A DNA stretch of 64,000 nucleotides from Pseudomonadota bacterium (GCA_039182865.1 JBCDBX010000001.1:2239-66238); one strand, 5' to 3'; counted from the stretch's first letter, positions 19,901 through 30,444 are shown. The notes: generated by a model from the letters alone, not told the origin. Made by a program: numbers and translations.

Positions 19901-20293
19901 ATTTCTCTAGACACAAACTTAGAATGCGATTTTGACGAGTTAAAAATATATAAAACTGAAGTGTTTAATTGCCTAAACGACGAAACTATTAAATCAATAT
20001 TTGAGTTAGAACCAAATCATCAGGCTTATAATGAATTTGCAATTGCTACTACTAGCAAGCATCAGAATATTAATATCATCGATCGATTAATTCTCAGCAC
20101 TGAAACTGCTTGGATTATCGATTTCAAAACTCAACATGATGTAGATGAAAATAATGTGATGGAAGTAGCTACAACTCATCAGCAACAACTTAGCCGATAT
20201 AAGACAGCGATAAGCTCACTCTATCCTAATTTATCTATTCGATGTTCTATAGTATTTACCAAAATACCCAAACTAGTTGATATCCAAATATAA
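16994..20293 (+). CDS. AddA/RecB-like SF1 helicase with a C-terminal RecB-family PD-(D/E)xK nuclease
   Basis: UvrD-family helicase motifs I (ASAGSGKT), Ia (ILAITFTRKSAAEMR), II (VDEFQDTN), III (GDIKQSIYRFRGA), V (VHGAKGLE) and VI (LLYVALTRAK). The C-terminus carries RecB nuclease motifs (IDRLILS ... IIDFKTQ ... QQQLSRYKTA). Confidence 0.8.
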   Translation: MSILDASTHPKQNANIFASAGSGKTWLLITRICRLLLDGVEPQHILAITFTRKSAAEMRARLFEKLAFWATCNEHELLEDLKNIGEQSRTQNIMTARSLYEKCLFYDQSIRISTFHSFCEEVIRAFPLESELPNSFELTEHYQLYANQAWQQLLKASEKNEKLKDALQTLYKYCFGLKGAQRALMCFLDTRSEWHAYTQRHEDPANFAYQTLLSVIGNEKENEGNLFISNKCKTDLQRYQQILRTSPTKTYLSWADKLEQYFDLKLTDQSVCLKKLTEILLTAKNELRKLTISKKWQSLLSEDDYLHLTDTHSHIGAILLNAIETQKHNELLHANKAWFYAGEQLLKHYQHVKFSQGVIDFSDLEWETFRLLQFEHNVEWIHYKLGQRIRHFLVDEFQDTNPIQWHLLKPLIEASQEQYEGDSNSLFLVGDIKQSIYRFRGANPEIQSLASQWSQSALNSNELNNNHSWRSSPAIINLVNEIFSSELMKKSFPSFQPHSCEHENRWGMIKIFPLIPIEQQQTQEKFRNPLTTPFKDNEETVHFHEGCLIAEEIQKLIADKTPIYDENSIYSASYSDILILTRNRSHLKDIKAGLLQAHIPFNSRDGNYLLEYLEVKDILSLLQVLIDPYNDLKLAQVLRSPIFSISDEDLIALRTAEAEIWMDKLVQIAETKESNHPLHTAISKIKDWQNLVDHIPVHDLMSHIFKSRDIISRYRDSVDQFEAEHVSSRLNQLLHQCLELDSGRYSSVSRFLHKIKMINPEVILDSGEDSINRVEIMTVHGAKGLEAPIVFIADIGPNHERPEQFRALSNWPAESNAPLSIMLTTSKNNMSEAALSFKNAIEQNDEDLNLLYVALTRAKQIMIMTGSQSKRATPCWYDQLSQALNLADDEIYQKEHLSKPPLTQTTPTITESKTIEISNRLLQPISEPLKNKSAILNTNTSTREGIIIHKLLEILSTTHDLNDQGLLNRISLDTNLECDFDELKIYKTEVFNCLNDETIKSIFELEPNHQAYNEFAIATTSKHQNINIIDRLILSTETAWIIDFKTQHDVDENNVMEVATTHQQQLSRYKTAISSLYPNLSIRCSIVFTKIPKLVDIQI

Positions 20294-20325
20294 AAAAGGC
20301 CGCTTGCATTCAACAAGCGGCCCTT
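20292..20325. terminator. Bidirectional rho-independent terminator
   Basis: 9-bp stem GGCCGCTTG/CAAGCGGCC with a 7-nt loop. An A6 run precedes it, which reads as a T-run on the minus strand. Confidence 0.7.
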
Positions 20326-20350
20326 AATAAAATTAATCAGCAAATTTTAA

Positions 20351-21088
20351 TTAGCTACCTTGATCAGCTTTTGCTTGATTCATGTGGTCTAAGCGTTGTG
20401 CTAGTTCTTTAGCTGGCAAGTAACCTGGCATTAATTCACCACTTTGGGTAAGAATAGCAGGCGTACCAGTTACGCCGATTTTATTCCCAATCTCAAACTG
20501 CTCAGCCACGGGGTTTTGACAAGTTTTCTCATCGATTGGCTGACCATTTTTCGCTTTAGTCAGCGCCTCTTCTTTGTCGTCACTACACCAAACATTGACT
20601 GACTTTACATAACTAGGACTATTGAGTCCATTACGCGGAAACAATAAGTAATTCACTTTAATTCCATAACTCGCATATTGATCCATCTCAGCATGTAATT
20701 TTCTGCAGTAGCCACAATCGATATCTGTAAACACGGTCACAGTATATTTGGGTTGTTTTGCGCCAAAAGAAATGGGCTCTTGATCAAAAACATCAGACAT
20801 TAGTGCTTGACGTGCACGACCTGCTGATACTTCTGTCAGGTTTCGCCTACCATCATCAAGATCCATTAATACACCTTGGAATAAATATCTCCCATCCTCT
20901 GAGATATAAATCGCCTGCGTGCCATACATGACCTCATACCATCCATCAACAGGTGACTTAGATACTGAATCAGGTGTATGCGTGGGAAATGTATCAACTA
21001 ACTTCTTCTTTAGTGCTTCTGACTCGTCTGCCTGCACAAGCAAAGGTAATATTAATAGTACGCAAAAAATCAATGTCCTTTTAAACAT
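20351..21088 (-). CDS. dsbC: Periplasmic thiol:disulfide interchange protein DsbC
   Basis: Signal peptide, CGYC active site, and a C-terminal second disulfide pair (WCSDD...TC). Adjacent to xerD, as in E. coli. Confidence 0.85.
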   Translation of the reverse strand: MFKRTLIFCVLLILPLLVQADESEALKKKLVDTFPTHTPDSVSKSPVDGWYEVMYGTQAIYISEDGRYLFQGVLMDLDDGRRNLTEVSAGRARQALMSDVFDQEPISFGAKQPKYTVTVFTDIDCGYCRKLHAEMDQYASYGIKVNYLLFPRNGLNSPSYVKSVNVWCSDDKEEALTKAKNGQPIDEKTCQNPVAEQFEIGNKIGVTGTPAILTQSGELMPGYLPAKELAQRLDHMNQAKADQGS

Positions 21089-21164
21089 GCTGATTCCTTA
21101 AATTTTAGAAAAGTAAAAAGTAGACCGGAAAAAAGTTAATTCTATCCCAAATTTAAAATTACTT

Positions 21165-22088
21165 TCATCCTCTTGGATGGTGTTCGCGATGAAGCTCCTG
21201 TAGCCGGGCTTGAGCAATATGTGTGTACACTTGAGTTGTAGACAAATCACTATGTCCAAGCAACATTTGAACAACCCTCAAATCTGCACCATGATTTAAC
21301 AAATGGGTCGCAAAAGCATGCCTTAATGTATGCGGGCTCAAATGCTTATCAATACCCACAGCTTTTGCATGGCGCTTAATAACATGCCAAAAAGCTTGTC
21401 TAGTCATCCCCAATCCACGATTAGAAATAAATAGTACACTGCAATCATGCCCTTCCTTTAGCAATGCTGGACGAGCTTGATCCAAATACCGCTCTAACCA
21501 CTCGCCGGCTTGCTCTCCAAAGGGAACTAAACGCTCTTTATTCCCTTTTCCTATAATTCTAATGACACCCGCACGAATATTGATTTGGTGTAACTGAAGA
21601 TTTATTAATTCTGAAACTCTCAAACCACAAGCATACAAGACTTCTAGCATAGTTCGATCACGAATTCCTTGAGCCTTATGAATATTTGGTGCACCTAAAA
21701 GCTTTTCAACATCATCTTCAGTCAGCACCTCGGGTAATTGACGACCTAATTTTGGAAATTCTATCTTCTCAGCCGGATCAACTTCGAGTAAGCCCTGACG
21801 TATTTGATATTTATAAAAACGTCGAATACTTGATAATAATCTTGCGCCTGACCTTGGCTGCATCCCTTTTGATACTCGAAATGCAAAATACTCTAATAAG
21901 TCCTCATGTTTAGCATCAGCTATACTCGTCTTAGATTTCCCAAGCCACTTAACTAAATTTAACAAGTCATTACGATACGCGCTTAAAGTATTTTCGCTTA
22001 AACCATATTCCATCCAGATGTTGTCTAAGAAAGATTCTACAATTGTATTGTCTTGATCAAAATGGATTGTAGCGGCATTAGCAACCAT
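21165..22088 (-). CDS. xerD: Site-specific tyrosine recombinase XerD
   Basis: The R...HxxR...Y catalytic residues are present (HTLRHAFATHLL, LGHSDLSTTQVYTH). Confidence 0.9.
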   Translation of the reverse strand: MVANAATIHFDQDNTIVESFLDNIWMEYGLSENTLSAYRNDLLNLVKWLGKSKTSIADAKHEDLLEYFAFRVSKGMQPRSGARLLSSIRRFYKYQIRQGLLEVDPAEKIEFPKLGRQLPEVLTEDDVEKLLGAPNIHKAQGIRDRTMLEVLYACGLRVSELINLQLHQINIRAGVIRIIGKGNKERLVPFGEQAGEWLERYLDQARPALLKEGHDCSVLFISNRGLGMTRQAFWHVIKRHAKAVGIDKHLSPHTLRHAFATHLLNHGADLRVVQMLLGHSDLSTTQVYTHIAQARLQELHREHHPRG

Positions 22089-22305
22089 AATTCAGTGAGT
22101 AGAGGCAAAGATAATATGAAGCGAAGTGTGTTGCGCTTTACAGAGTGAGTTCGAAACTATTTGCGAAGTATTTAAACTGTTACAATCAAGCATAGACATA
22201 TATTTTAATAACTTAACATTAGTGTAAATGTTTTTTAAACAATAATCACCTTTTTGTCAAAAATTTATACCACTCATCTATTTAAACAATAGCACCATTC
22301 AAATA

Positions 22306-22737
22306 ATGAACACCATTAACAATCCAGTTGGACTAATAAAACGTTTCATTATTATGATCTATGATGCAATCTTACTTATTGCTGTTCTATTTTTTGCAGC
22401 TATTATTATCTCGGTGCCGTTAAATATTACTTTTGGTGATCCACTATATCCACTGTTCATAATTTATATTTATTGCATAGGCTTTTTATTTCTTGGTTGG
22501 TGTTGGACTCATGGTGGACAAACTTTGGGGCTAAAAACATGGAGAATAAAGCTTGTATCGACGTCCGGCAACGAAGTCAGTTGGAAAGAAGCATTAATTC
22601 GTTATCTCGCATCGCTACTATGTTGGGCAAGTCTGGGAATTGGATTTTTATGGTGCTATACCAACAAAGAAAGATTGGCTTGGAATGATATGCTCTCTAA
22701 AACTCGTTTACAGAAAATACCAAACACTAACGTGTAA
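22306..22737 (+). CDS. RDD-family membrane protein
   Basis: 143 aa with three TM segments. RDD/YckC-like organisation (KRFIIMIYDAILLIAV...). Low-information call. Confidence 0.45.
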   Translation: MNTINNPVGLIKRFIIMIYDAILLIAVLFFAAIIISVPLNITFGDPLYPLFIIYIYCIGFLFLGWCWTHGGQTLGLKTWRIKLVSTSGNEVSWKEALIRYLASLLCWASLGIGFLWCYTNKERLAWNDMLSKTRLQKIPNTNV

Positions 22738-23803
22738 ACTTAAAAGCGAATATAGATAATCCAAAAATTATCAGAGCAGGCAAAAATGTACCAATTAATG
22801 GTGGAATCTGATAGACCACGATTGCATTATTAAAAGCTTCAATAACGACATATGCAATCAAAGCAATGACAACTCCCATAAATAACCTTTGACCTACACC
22901 CCCCAACTGACGTGGACGAAAAACTAATGGTAACGCTAACATCATCATTGCCAAGCCCGTAAGAGGCACTGCTAATTTCTTAAATAATGCGACATAATAA
23001 ACGGATGCATCCAGGTGATTTTCCTCAAGAGAGTCAATATATGAGGTCAGACGGTTTATTGAGAGTTTAAAAGGATCCGTATTAATCGACTGCAAAAAGT
23101 TAGTTAAAAATCCTTGTTGCCACTCAAGCGTCTGTTCCTGCTCAGCAATTACTTGGTCCTCAGCAAACGTAGAGCGACGAAAATTTTCTAACAACCAGTG
23201 CTGATCTTTACGTATAGCGGTATCAGCTTGTGCAATCCAACTTATTTTTCCCTGCTCGTCAAAGCTATAAATTGATACTTGATTTAATAGATCTTTAGAG
23301 ATTGCACTTCCTACATGAACAAATCGCTCATTATCTCTTACCCAGTAACTTTCATCTGACGCCATGAGTACCGAGCTATCAGTAGTTTGTTGTTCAAGTT
23401 TTAATAAATATCTATCTCCAAGCGGTGCATATATTTCAACTAAGACGCTCAATGTGATAATCACCACAAGTCCCACTAGACAAGATGTTATTCCGACGCG
23501 TAATCGGCTATAACCTCCAGCACCAATAGCTGTGAGCTCAGAATTAGCTGCAAACTGTCCCAAACTTAGCAATGTGCCGATCAATAGTCCGCTCGGTAGA
23601 AATTCAAATAATTTGAACGGGATATCTAACAAAGTAAGGGCAAAAACATCACTAAACTGACCATCGTCTTTTAAGCGACCAACTTGATAAAAAAGATCAC
23701 CCAACCAATCGATTGCCACGATGACAGTTATCGCTATCAAAACACCAAAAAATACAGAGCGCGCCAAATAAAGATCGAGCACCTTCATCATTGAGGAGCC
23801 CAT
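22727..23803 (-). CDS. lptG: LPS export ABC permease LptG
   Basis: 358 aa, YjgP/YjgQ permease topology. Paired and overlapping with lptF. Divergent from pepA, as in E. coli. Confidence 0.85.
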   Translation of the reverse strand: MGSSMMKVLDLYLARSVFFGVLIAITVIVAIDWLGDLFYQVGRLKDDGQFSDVFALTLLDIPFKLFEFLPSGLLIGTLLSLGQFAANSELTAIGAGGYSRLRVGITSCLVGLVVIITLSVLVEIYAPLGDRYLLKLEQQTTDSSVLMASDESYWVRDNERFVHVGSAISKDLLNQVSIYSFDEQGKISWIAQADTAIRKDQHWLLENFRRSTFAEDQVIAEQEQTLEWQQGFLTNFLQSINTDPFKLSINRLTSYIDSLEENHLDASVYYVALFKKLAVPLTGLAMMMLALPLVFRPRQLGGVGQRLFMGVVIALIAYVVIEAFNNAIVVYQIPPLIGTFLPALIIFGLSIFAFKFTR

Positions 23804-24873
23804 TTACGTTTAATTCCTCGTATCAAACGATCGTCATACATGAGATACGTAACAAACAAGACTAGAGCATGTACCAAAAACAATGAAACATAACCAATAG
23901 TTTCCTCACGCTTAATCCAGCTACAACTCAATACCACTAAATTCAAATACAATACATAGATTAATGCTGCTAAGCCCATGCGTGCAAAACGACTCGTATT
24001 TGGCTGCACTTTACTTAATGGGATAGCTAACAACATCAATAAAATAGTTGATATTATAATCGAATAACGCTGCCACAATTCCGCGCTGTATCTTGGATCA
24101 TCAGAATCCAATAATACATGAATATCCTGATACTCTTCGCGATTAATTTTGCGTGAGAAATCGGTTTGTGGTGGATATAAACGGTGTTCACGATAAGTCG
24201 AATTTGAATAATTTGCTTCCCCTGGAATACCCTCTAAGACACGACCATCTTCAAGCACAAATATTTGGGCCCTATCCTTATCGCGCTTGATACTTGCAAC
24301 CCTTGAAGTTTCAACAATCAATTTGCCATCTTGTTCGCGCTGCATAAAGACATCATGCAATTCATTAGTATCGGGATCTTGTGATTCAACATAAATCACC
24401 CAACCCGAGCTTTCCAATTCAAAAAACTTTCCTGGAGATAACTGTCCAAGCACCATACTTTGTTCTGTGACACTCTCAATCGTAGCCGATAATCGACTTG
24501 CCCAAGGCGACACATAGGAAACTAAAAGATATAAGACAATTATGATGGGTATTCCAATCATCATAACGCCCTGTACAAACACTTGGCTACTTGCGCCACC
24601 TGCTTTGGCCGCGTTTACTTCGCTATCCTTATACATACGACTTATCACCATAATAATGGCCATAAAAAATGAAAAAGGCAGCAAAATGACTAAATATCGA
24701 ATCAAGCCAAGCAATAAGACCGTACCCAGCATGTCGGCACTAATCGAACCATCCAACACTTTATCGAGCAACTGAATAAACAACTTGCCAAGAATAATAA
24801 GCAACAAGATGATCGCAACGGACGCAATAGCTGCCACGACATCACGCGCGATATACTTGGAGAGAATTGTCAT
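23788..24873 (-). CDS. lptF: LPS export ABC permease LptF
   Basis: 361 aa, YjgP/YjgQ family, upstream partner of lptG. Confidence 0.85.
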   Translation of the reverse strand: MTILSKYIARDVVAAIASVAIILLLIILGKLFIQLLDKVLDGSISADMLGTVLLLGLIRYLVILLPFSFFMAIIMVISRMYKDSEVNAAKAGGASSQVFVQGVMMIGIPIIIVLYLLVSYVSPWASRLSATIESVTEQSMVLGQLSPGKFFELESSGWVIYVESQDPDTNELHDVFMQREQDGKLIVETSRVASIKRDKDRAQIFVLEDGRVLEGIPGEANYSNSTYREHRLYPPQTDFSRKINREEYQDIHVLLDSDDPRYSAELWQRYSIIISTILLMLLAIPLSKVQPNTSRFARMGLAALIYVLYLNLVVLSCSWIKREETIGYVSLFLVHALVLFVTYLMYDDRLIRGIKRKWAPQ

Positions 24874-24968
24874 GTATTTTTGCTGAAGATAAGAGAAATT
24901 AAAAAGTTGAATCCAAATTTTTGAACCATGTAGAATTCATTGATACAAAACCCTATCAGGAGAATAAA

Positions 24969-26462
24969 ATGGAGTATCTCGTAAAACGCACCTCAATTAC
25001 TAGCGAAAAAACGGCTTGCGCAGTGGTCGCCGTGTTTGCAAATAAGCGTTTAAGTGACGAGGCTCAGCAATTAGACAAAAAATATCGCGGTATTATTTCA
25101 GCCGCCGTAAAAAGTGGAGATATTTCCGGCAACACTGGCCAATCCCTTTTACTTCATACGCCCAAAACTGCAACCCATAAGCGCATACTTTTGATTGGTT
25201 GCGGAAAACCAAGCGACTTAAATATTCAGAATTACAAGAAAATAATCCGCGCTTGCGCGACTAGCTTAAAAGGTTTAAGCGCAAATGATGCCATTAGTAC
25301 ATTAAATTCTCTTGCTATTAAAGACAGTGATATGGAAACACTAACACGCTTACATATCATTATTAGCGAAGATGTATTTTATCAATATGATGAGACTTTA
25401 TCGAAAAAGAAATCTGCCTCAAAACTTAAGCGAATTAAATTTTTAGCTAGCGACGCAAATCAATTAACGATAATCAAAAAAAACATCATACAAGGTAAAG
25501 CCATCGCTAGCGGAATGATGGCCACGAAAGAACTCGGCAATCTCCCAGGCAATATTTGCACACCTACTTATCTGGCTAAATGTGCTCATGAAATAAATCG
25601 AGGACAAAATAAATTATCACTACAAGTACTTGATGAAGCCGAAATGAAAAAACTAGGGATGGGTGCCTTGTTATCAGTATCCGCTGGCAGCGCACAACCC
25701 GCCAAAATGATCATCCTGAACTACAAGGGTGCTGCTAAATCTGAAAAACCCATTGTACTTGTTGGCAAAGGTATCACTTTTGATACAGGTGGCATCTCAT
25801 TGAAGCCAGGAGCTGCTATGGATGAAATGAAATTCGATATGTGCGGCGCTGCAACAGTTCTTGGCACTATGCAGGCGATTAATGAAATGGAGTTACCTCT
25901 AAATGTTGTCGGTATTGTTGCTAGTGCAGAAAATATGCCAGGTGGAAAAGCGACTAAACCGGGTGATGTTGTGACTTCAATGTCAGGACAAACAATTGAG
26001 ATTCTAAATACAGATGCTGAAGGACGTTTAGTATTATGTGATGCACTCACCTATGCAGGTCGCTTTGATCCTGATGTCGTCATTGATATGGCGACATTAA
26101 CAGGCGCTTGCCTTGTCGCATTAGGTCTTGAATGTAGTGGTTTAATGAGTAATTCCGATGAACTGAGTGAAGATTTAATCAGCGCAGGTCAGACCACTGG
26201 AGATCGCACCTGGCGTCTCCCTATTTGGGATGAATATCAACCGCTAATTGATAGCAACTTTGCAGATATAGCGAATATTGGAGGCCGTTGGGCAGGTACG
26301 ATCACTGCAGCATGTTTTCTTGCACGCTTCACCAAGGAATATAATTGGGCTCATTTAGATATTGCCGGCGTGGCTTGGAACATGGGCGGAAAAAACAAAG
26401 GGGCTACTGGACGACCTGTCCCCATGCTGACGGAATACTTGATGCAACGCGCTAAAGACTAG
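24969..26462 (+). CDS. pepA: Leucyl aminopeptidase (M17)
   Basis: MEYLVKRTSITSEKTACAVVAVF parallels the E. coli PepA N-terminus. NTDAEGRL M17 signature. The start is taken at the internal Met, which has a CAGGAGAA RBS. Confidence 0.9.
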   Translation: MEYLVKRTSITSEKTACAVVAVFANKRLSDEAQQLDKKYRGIISAAVKSGDISGNTGQSLLLHTPKTATHKRILLIGCGKPSDLNIQNYKKIIRACATSLKGLSANDAISTLNSLAIKDSDMETLTRLHIIISEDVFYQYDETLSKKKSASKLKRIKFLASDANQLTIIKKNIIQGKAIASGMMATKELGNLPGNICTPTYLAKCAHEINRGQNKLSLQVLDEAEMKKLGMGALLSVSAGSAQPAKMIILNYKGAAKSEKPIVLVGKGITFDTGGISLKPGAAMDEMKFDMCGAATVLGTMQAINEMELPLNVVGIVASAENMPGGKATKPGDVVTSMSGQTIEILNTDAEGRLVLCDALTYAGRFDPDVVIDMATLTGACLVALGLECSGLMSNSDELSEDLISAGQTTGDRTWRLPIWDEYQPLIDSNFADIANIGGRWAGTITAACFLARFTKEYNWAHLDIAGVAWNMGGKNKGATGRPVPMLTEYLMQRAKD

Positions 26463-26881
26463 TGCCCCAAGTAGATTTTTATGTAGTAGAAGACAACGCG
26501 CATAACGCGTGGCTGCGTTATGCATGTCGTCTTATAGAAAAAGCTTATACTATGGGTTTACATATCCACATTCAAACACCTGACGAATCTATGACAAAGC
26601 AAATGGATGATTTGCTTTGGACTTTTCGTGATCGCAGTTTTATACCTCACCAAAGTGCCTGTGAAGCAAATGAGCTCTGCGCTGTCACACTTAATCATGA
26701 AACTCCAAATGAAACTCGTGAGGTACTTGTTAATCTATGCCCCAACGTTCCTGACAATTTCCAACTCTACAAACGAATTGTCGAAGTCGTCGCCAATAAT
26801 GACGCCATGAAACAAACCGCGCGCGAAAGATTTAGATTCTATAAAGATCATGGTGAAGCACCAACACACCATCAGGTCTAA
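26462..26881 (+). CDS. holC: DNA polymerase III chi subunit
   Basis: 139 aa, HolC-like. GTG start overlapping the pepA stop (TAGTG). pepA-holC-valS synteny. Confidence 0.75.
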   Translation: MPQVDFYVVEDNAHNAWLRYACRLIEKAYTMGLHIHIQTPDESMTKQMDDLLWTFRDRSFIPHQSACEANELCAVTLNHETPNETREVLVNLCPNVPDNFQLYKRIVEVVANNDAMKQTARERFRFYKDHGEAPTHHQV

Positions 26882-26915
26882 CTAGTTCATAAATGCTCAC
26901 CAAATATTTCAGATA

Positions 26916-27542
26916 ATGAATCGTCGTCATTTTTTAAAAGCAGGCGTTATTGCAGGTTTAGGATTTACAGATGCCTCTGCAAATCGCAGCTATCATCCCA
27001 CACCTGCCGAGGTCAAAGGTCCCTTCTACCCTCTCGCCGGTCAGAAAGATAAAGACTTTGACCTCACAAGAATTGGCGATACTAATAAAACTGCATCAGG
27101 ACAACATATCACTGTCATAGGCTGTGTGTTGAATGCAAATGGAGAGCCTGTTGAGGAAGCGATGGTTGATATATGGCAAGCCAATGCAGCAGGCAAATAT
27201 GCTCACTCTTTTGATTCAAACCCTGCACCAGTTGATAGTAATTTCCAGGGTTGGGCCATCGTGTCTAGCGGTAAACGCGGAGAGTTTAAATTCAAAACTG
27301 TTTACCCTGGCGCCTATCCTGCAAGCCATAATTGGACACGACCGCCTCATATACACTTCAAAATATTTAAACAAGGTTATAAAGAATTAATCACGCAAAT
27401 GTATTTCCCTAATCACCCCCTAAATGATATCGATCGACTACTTCAAGCAAAGACTCTTGAGCAACAACAACTCATGATTGCCGAAAAGTCTATCGGCTTA
27501 CCCCATACTTACCATTATCAAGTCGTCATACAAAAAGCATAA
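26916..27542 (+). CDS. Tat-exported intradiol ring-cleavage dioxygenase-like protein
   Basis: Twin-arginine signal NRRHFLKAGVIAGLG. Dioxygenase_C-like core (EVKGPFYP ... GCVLNANGEPVEEAMVDIWQANAAGKY ... RPPHIHFKI). Confidence 0.65.
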   Translation: MNRRHFLKAGVIAGLGFTDASANRSYHPTPAEVKGPFYPLAGQKDKDFDLTRIGDTNKTASGQHITVIGCVLNANGEPVEEAMVDIWQANAAGKYAHSFDSNPAPVDSNFQGWAIVSSGKRGEFKFKTVYPGAYPASHNWTRPPHIHFKIFKQGYKELITQMYFPNHPLNDIDRLLQAKTLEQQQLMIAEKSIGLPHTYHYQVVIQKA

Positions 27543-27675
27543 AAGTTAGTGACTATATATAACCTATCTTATACTTAATCGCTAAAAAATTGGTTTAATC
27601 TCATCTAGCACATATTGCGCTTAAACTATAAAATACTCTTACAAGAAAAAATAAAACAAGGAAGAATGCCTCACT

Positions 27676-30435
27676 GTGGAAAAAGTCTACCAACCACACG
27701 ACATTGAAAAGCACTGGTATCAGGAATGGAAATCAAAAGGATATTTCCAACCTGGCAAAGAAAGTACTCAAAAATATTGCATCATGATTCCGCCACCGAA
27801 TGTGACGGGTACCTTGCACATGGGTCATGCTTTTAATAACACCGTAATGGATAGTTTATCTCGTTATCACCGAATGTGTGGTGACGATACGCTATGGCAA
27901 CCAGGCACTGACCATGCGGGAATCGCGACTCAAATGGTGGTTGAACGTCAACTTAATGCCGCCGGTACTTCACGTGTAGATCTTGGGCGTGAGAAATTTC
28001 TTGATAAAGTATGGGAATGGAAATCGGAATCCGGCAACTCGATTTCACAACAGCTCGAACGCTTAGGATCTTCAGTTGACTGGTCGCGTGAACGTTTCAC
28101 TATGGACGAAGGTTTATCAGAAGCTGTGCGCGAGGTCTTTGTTCGCTTATATGAGGAAGACTTAATTTATCGCGGTAAACGTTTAGTCAATTGGGACCCT
28201 GTTTTACACACCGCAGTGTCCGATCTCGAAGTTATCGCCAAAGAAGAAAATGGCCACCTTTGGCATATGCGCTACCCTCTTGCAGATGGTAGTGGGCAAT
28301 TAGAGGTAGCAACTACACGCCCCGAAACTATGCTAGGTGATACCGCGGTTGCAGTTCACCCAGAAGATGAGCGTTATAAGCACCTGGTTGGAAAATTTAT
28401 AAAGTTGCCATTATGTAACCGTGAAATACCTATAATTGCAGATGACTATGTCGACCCTGAATTTGGCTCTGGCTGTGTCAAGATTACGCCTGCACACGAT
28501 TTTAATGACTATGAAATGGGTAAACGACATGATTTACCTATGATAAATATATTAACGGACGATGCTAAGTTAAATGAAAATGCCCCTAGTGAATTTCAAA
28601 ACTTAGACCGTTACGATGCACGCAAGAAGATTATTACAAAGCTACAAGAACAGAACCTACTAGAAAAAATCGTCGATCATAAATTAATGGTGCCACGTGG
28701 CGATCGCTCGGGCACAGTCGTCGAACCTTATTTGACTGATCAGTGGTATGTAAAAATTGAACCTCTTGCTCAACCTGCGATAGAAGCGGTTGAAAAAGGC
28801 ATGATACGTTTTATTCCTGAGAGCTGGAGCAATACTTATTTTGAATGGATGCGCAACATACAAGACTGGTGTATCAGTAGACAGCTCTGGTGGGGGCATC
28901 GCATTCCTGCATGGTATGATGATCAAGGCAATATCTATGTTGCCCGCAATGAAGAGGAAGTGCGCACCAAACATCAACTAACTTCAGATATTAAATTAAA
29001 GCAAGATGAAGACGTGCTCGATACTTGGTTTTCTTCTGCATTATGGCCCTTCTCAACTTTAGGTTGGCCCAAGCAAACAGCCGAATTAAAGGCGTTTTAC
29101 CCCACATCAGTTTTAGTTACAGGTTTCGATATCATATTTTTCTGGGTCGCACGTATGATCATGATGGGATTGAAATTCATGGATGACATTCCATTCCATG
29201 ATATTTATATCCATGGGCTAGTGCGTGATGCTGATGGGCAGAAGATGTCAAAATCTAAAGGCAATGTATTAGACCCCATAGACTTGATTGATGGCATCAC
29301 ACTTGAAGCACTTGTTGAAAAGCGCACTAAAGGTTTAATGCAACCACAAATGGCCACAAATATTGAAGCATCCACTCGTAAACAATACCCAGATGGAATT
29401 CCTGCTTTTGGCACTGATGCATTGCGTTTTACTTTTGCAGCACTTGCTTCAACAGGTCGCGACGTAAAATTCGATTTACACCGTATTGAAGGTTATCGAA
29501 ACTTTTGTAATAAACTTTGGAACGCTTCGCGTTTCGCATTAATGAACTGTGAAGAAAAAGAAATCCCAGATGCCATTAATTTTGCAACCTTATCTGTCAC
29601 AGATAGATGGATTCTAAGCAGACAACAAGAATTAATTGATATAGTACATCATGATTTTCAAAACTATCGTTTCGATCTCGCAGCAAAAGCACTATATGAG
29701 TTCACCTGGAACGAATTTTGTGATTGGTACCTTGAACTTATCAAACCTACATTATTCTCAAATGATGAGGCAGCAAAGCAACAAACCTTACGTGTTTTAC
29801 TAGAAGTACTCGAAAATCTTTTAAGACTGTTACACCCCATCATCCCGTTTATTACCGAGGAAATCTGGCAAGCCATAGCACCAAAATTAGATAGAGCTCA
29901 TGGCTCTATCATGCTACAGCCTTATCCTCGAAGTTGTAATGACATTGTCGACGTCGAAAGCGCAAGCAGTATTGATTGGTTAAAAGAATTTATTATAGGT
30001 GTTCGCAAAATTCGTTCTGAACAGGATATTGCACCCAAAAAAGAAGTGCCTATTATTTTGCAAAAATGCTCTAACAAAGACTTAGAGTATCTAGATATCC
30101 ATCGAACTGCGCTGATGAAATTGGCTAAGCTAGAAAGTATTAGTGTGATAAAAAATGAAGAACCTCCCGAAGCCGCACTAGCTCTGGTTGGTGAAATGAA
30201 AGTCATGATCCCGCTAGCAGGTTTAATCGATAAGGAAGCAGAACTTGCCAGACTGAATAAAGATATCAGTAAGCTTGAATCAAATATCGAAAAAACACGC
30301 AATAAGCTCAACAATCCTAACTTTAAAGATAAGGCTCCTGCTGACGTCGTCAATAAAGAAGAGGAAAGATTAGCCGAACAGGAACAAGCTCTAAGAGAAT
30401 TAATACAGCAAAGAGTTAAAATAGATAAACTATAA
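27676..30435 (+). CDS. valS: Valyl-tRNA synthetase
   Basis: 919 aa. HMGH and KMSKS motifs, C-terminal coiled coil. GTG start with an AAGGAAG RBS. Confidence 0.95.
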   Translation: MEKVYQPHDIEKHWYQEWKSKGYFQPGKESTQKYCIMIPPPNVTGTLHMGHAFNNTVMDSLSRYHRMCGDDTLWQPGTDHAGIATQMVVERQLNAAGTSRVDLGREKFLDKVWEWKSESGNSISQQLERLGSSVDWSRERFTMDEGLSEAVREVFVRLYEEDLIYRGKRLVNWDPVLHTAVSDLEVIAKEENGHLWHMRYPLADGSGQLEVATTRPETMLGDTAVAVHPEDERYKHLVGKFIKLPLCNREIPIIADDYVDPEFGSGCVKITPAHDFNDYEMGKRHDLPMINILTDDAKLNENAPSEFQNLDRYDARKKIITKLQEQNLLEKIVDHKLMVPRGDRSGTVVEPYLTDQWYVKIEPLAQPAIEAVEKGMIRFIPESWSNTYFEWMRNIQDWCISRQLWWGHRIPAWYDDQGNIYVARNEEEVRTKHQLTSDIKLKQDEDVLDTWFSSALWPFSTLGWPKQTAELKAFYPTSVLVTGFDIIFFWVARMIMMGLKFMDDIPFHDIYIHGLVRDADGQKMSKSKGNVLDPIDLIDGITLEALVEKRTKGLMQPQMATNIEASTRKQYPDGIPAFGTDALRFTFAALASTGRDVKFDLHRIEGYRNFCNKLWNASRFALMNCEEKEIPDAINFATLSVTDRWILSRQQELIDIVHHDFQNYRFDLAAKALYEFTWNEFCDWYLELIKPTLFSNDEAAKQQTLRVLLEVLENLLRLLHPIIPFITEEIWQAIAPKLDRAHGSIMLQPYPRSCNDIVDVESASSIDWLKEFIIGVRKIRSEQDIAPKKEVPIILQKCSNKDLEYLDIHRTALMKLAKLESISVIKNEEPPEAALALVGEMKVMIPLAGLIDKEAELARLNKDISKLESNIEKTRNKLNNPNFKDKAPADVVNKEEERLAEQEQALRELIQQRVKIDKL

Positions 30436-30444
30436 CTACTCTAG

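Noticed and set aside
22306-22737. RDD-family protein as part of a novel system with xerD
   Set aside because: Small, common membrane protein of unknown function. Its only context is a divergent promoter shared with xerD, and nothing beyond adjacency links them.
29922-30353. 143-aa minus-strand ORF inside valS
   Set aside because: Antisense shadow ORF with a serine/leucine-rich, low-complexity translation. valS motifs are intact on the plus strand.
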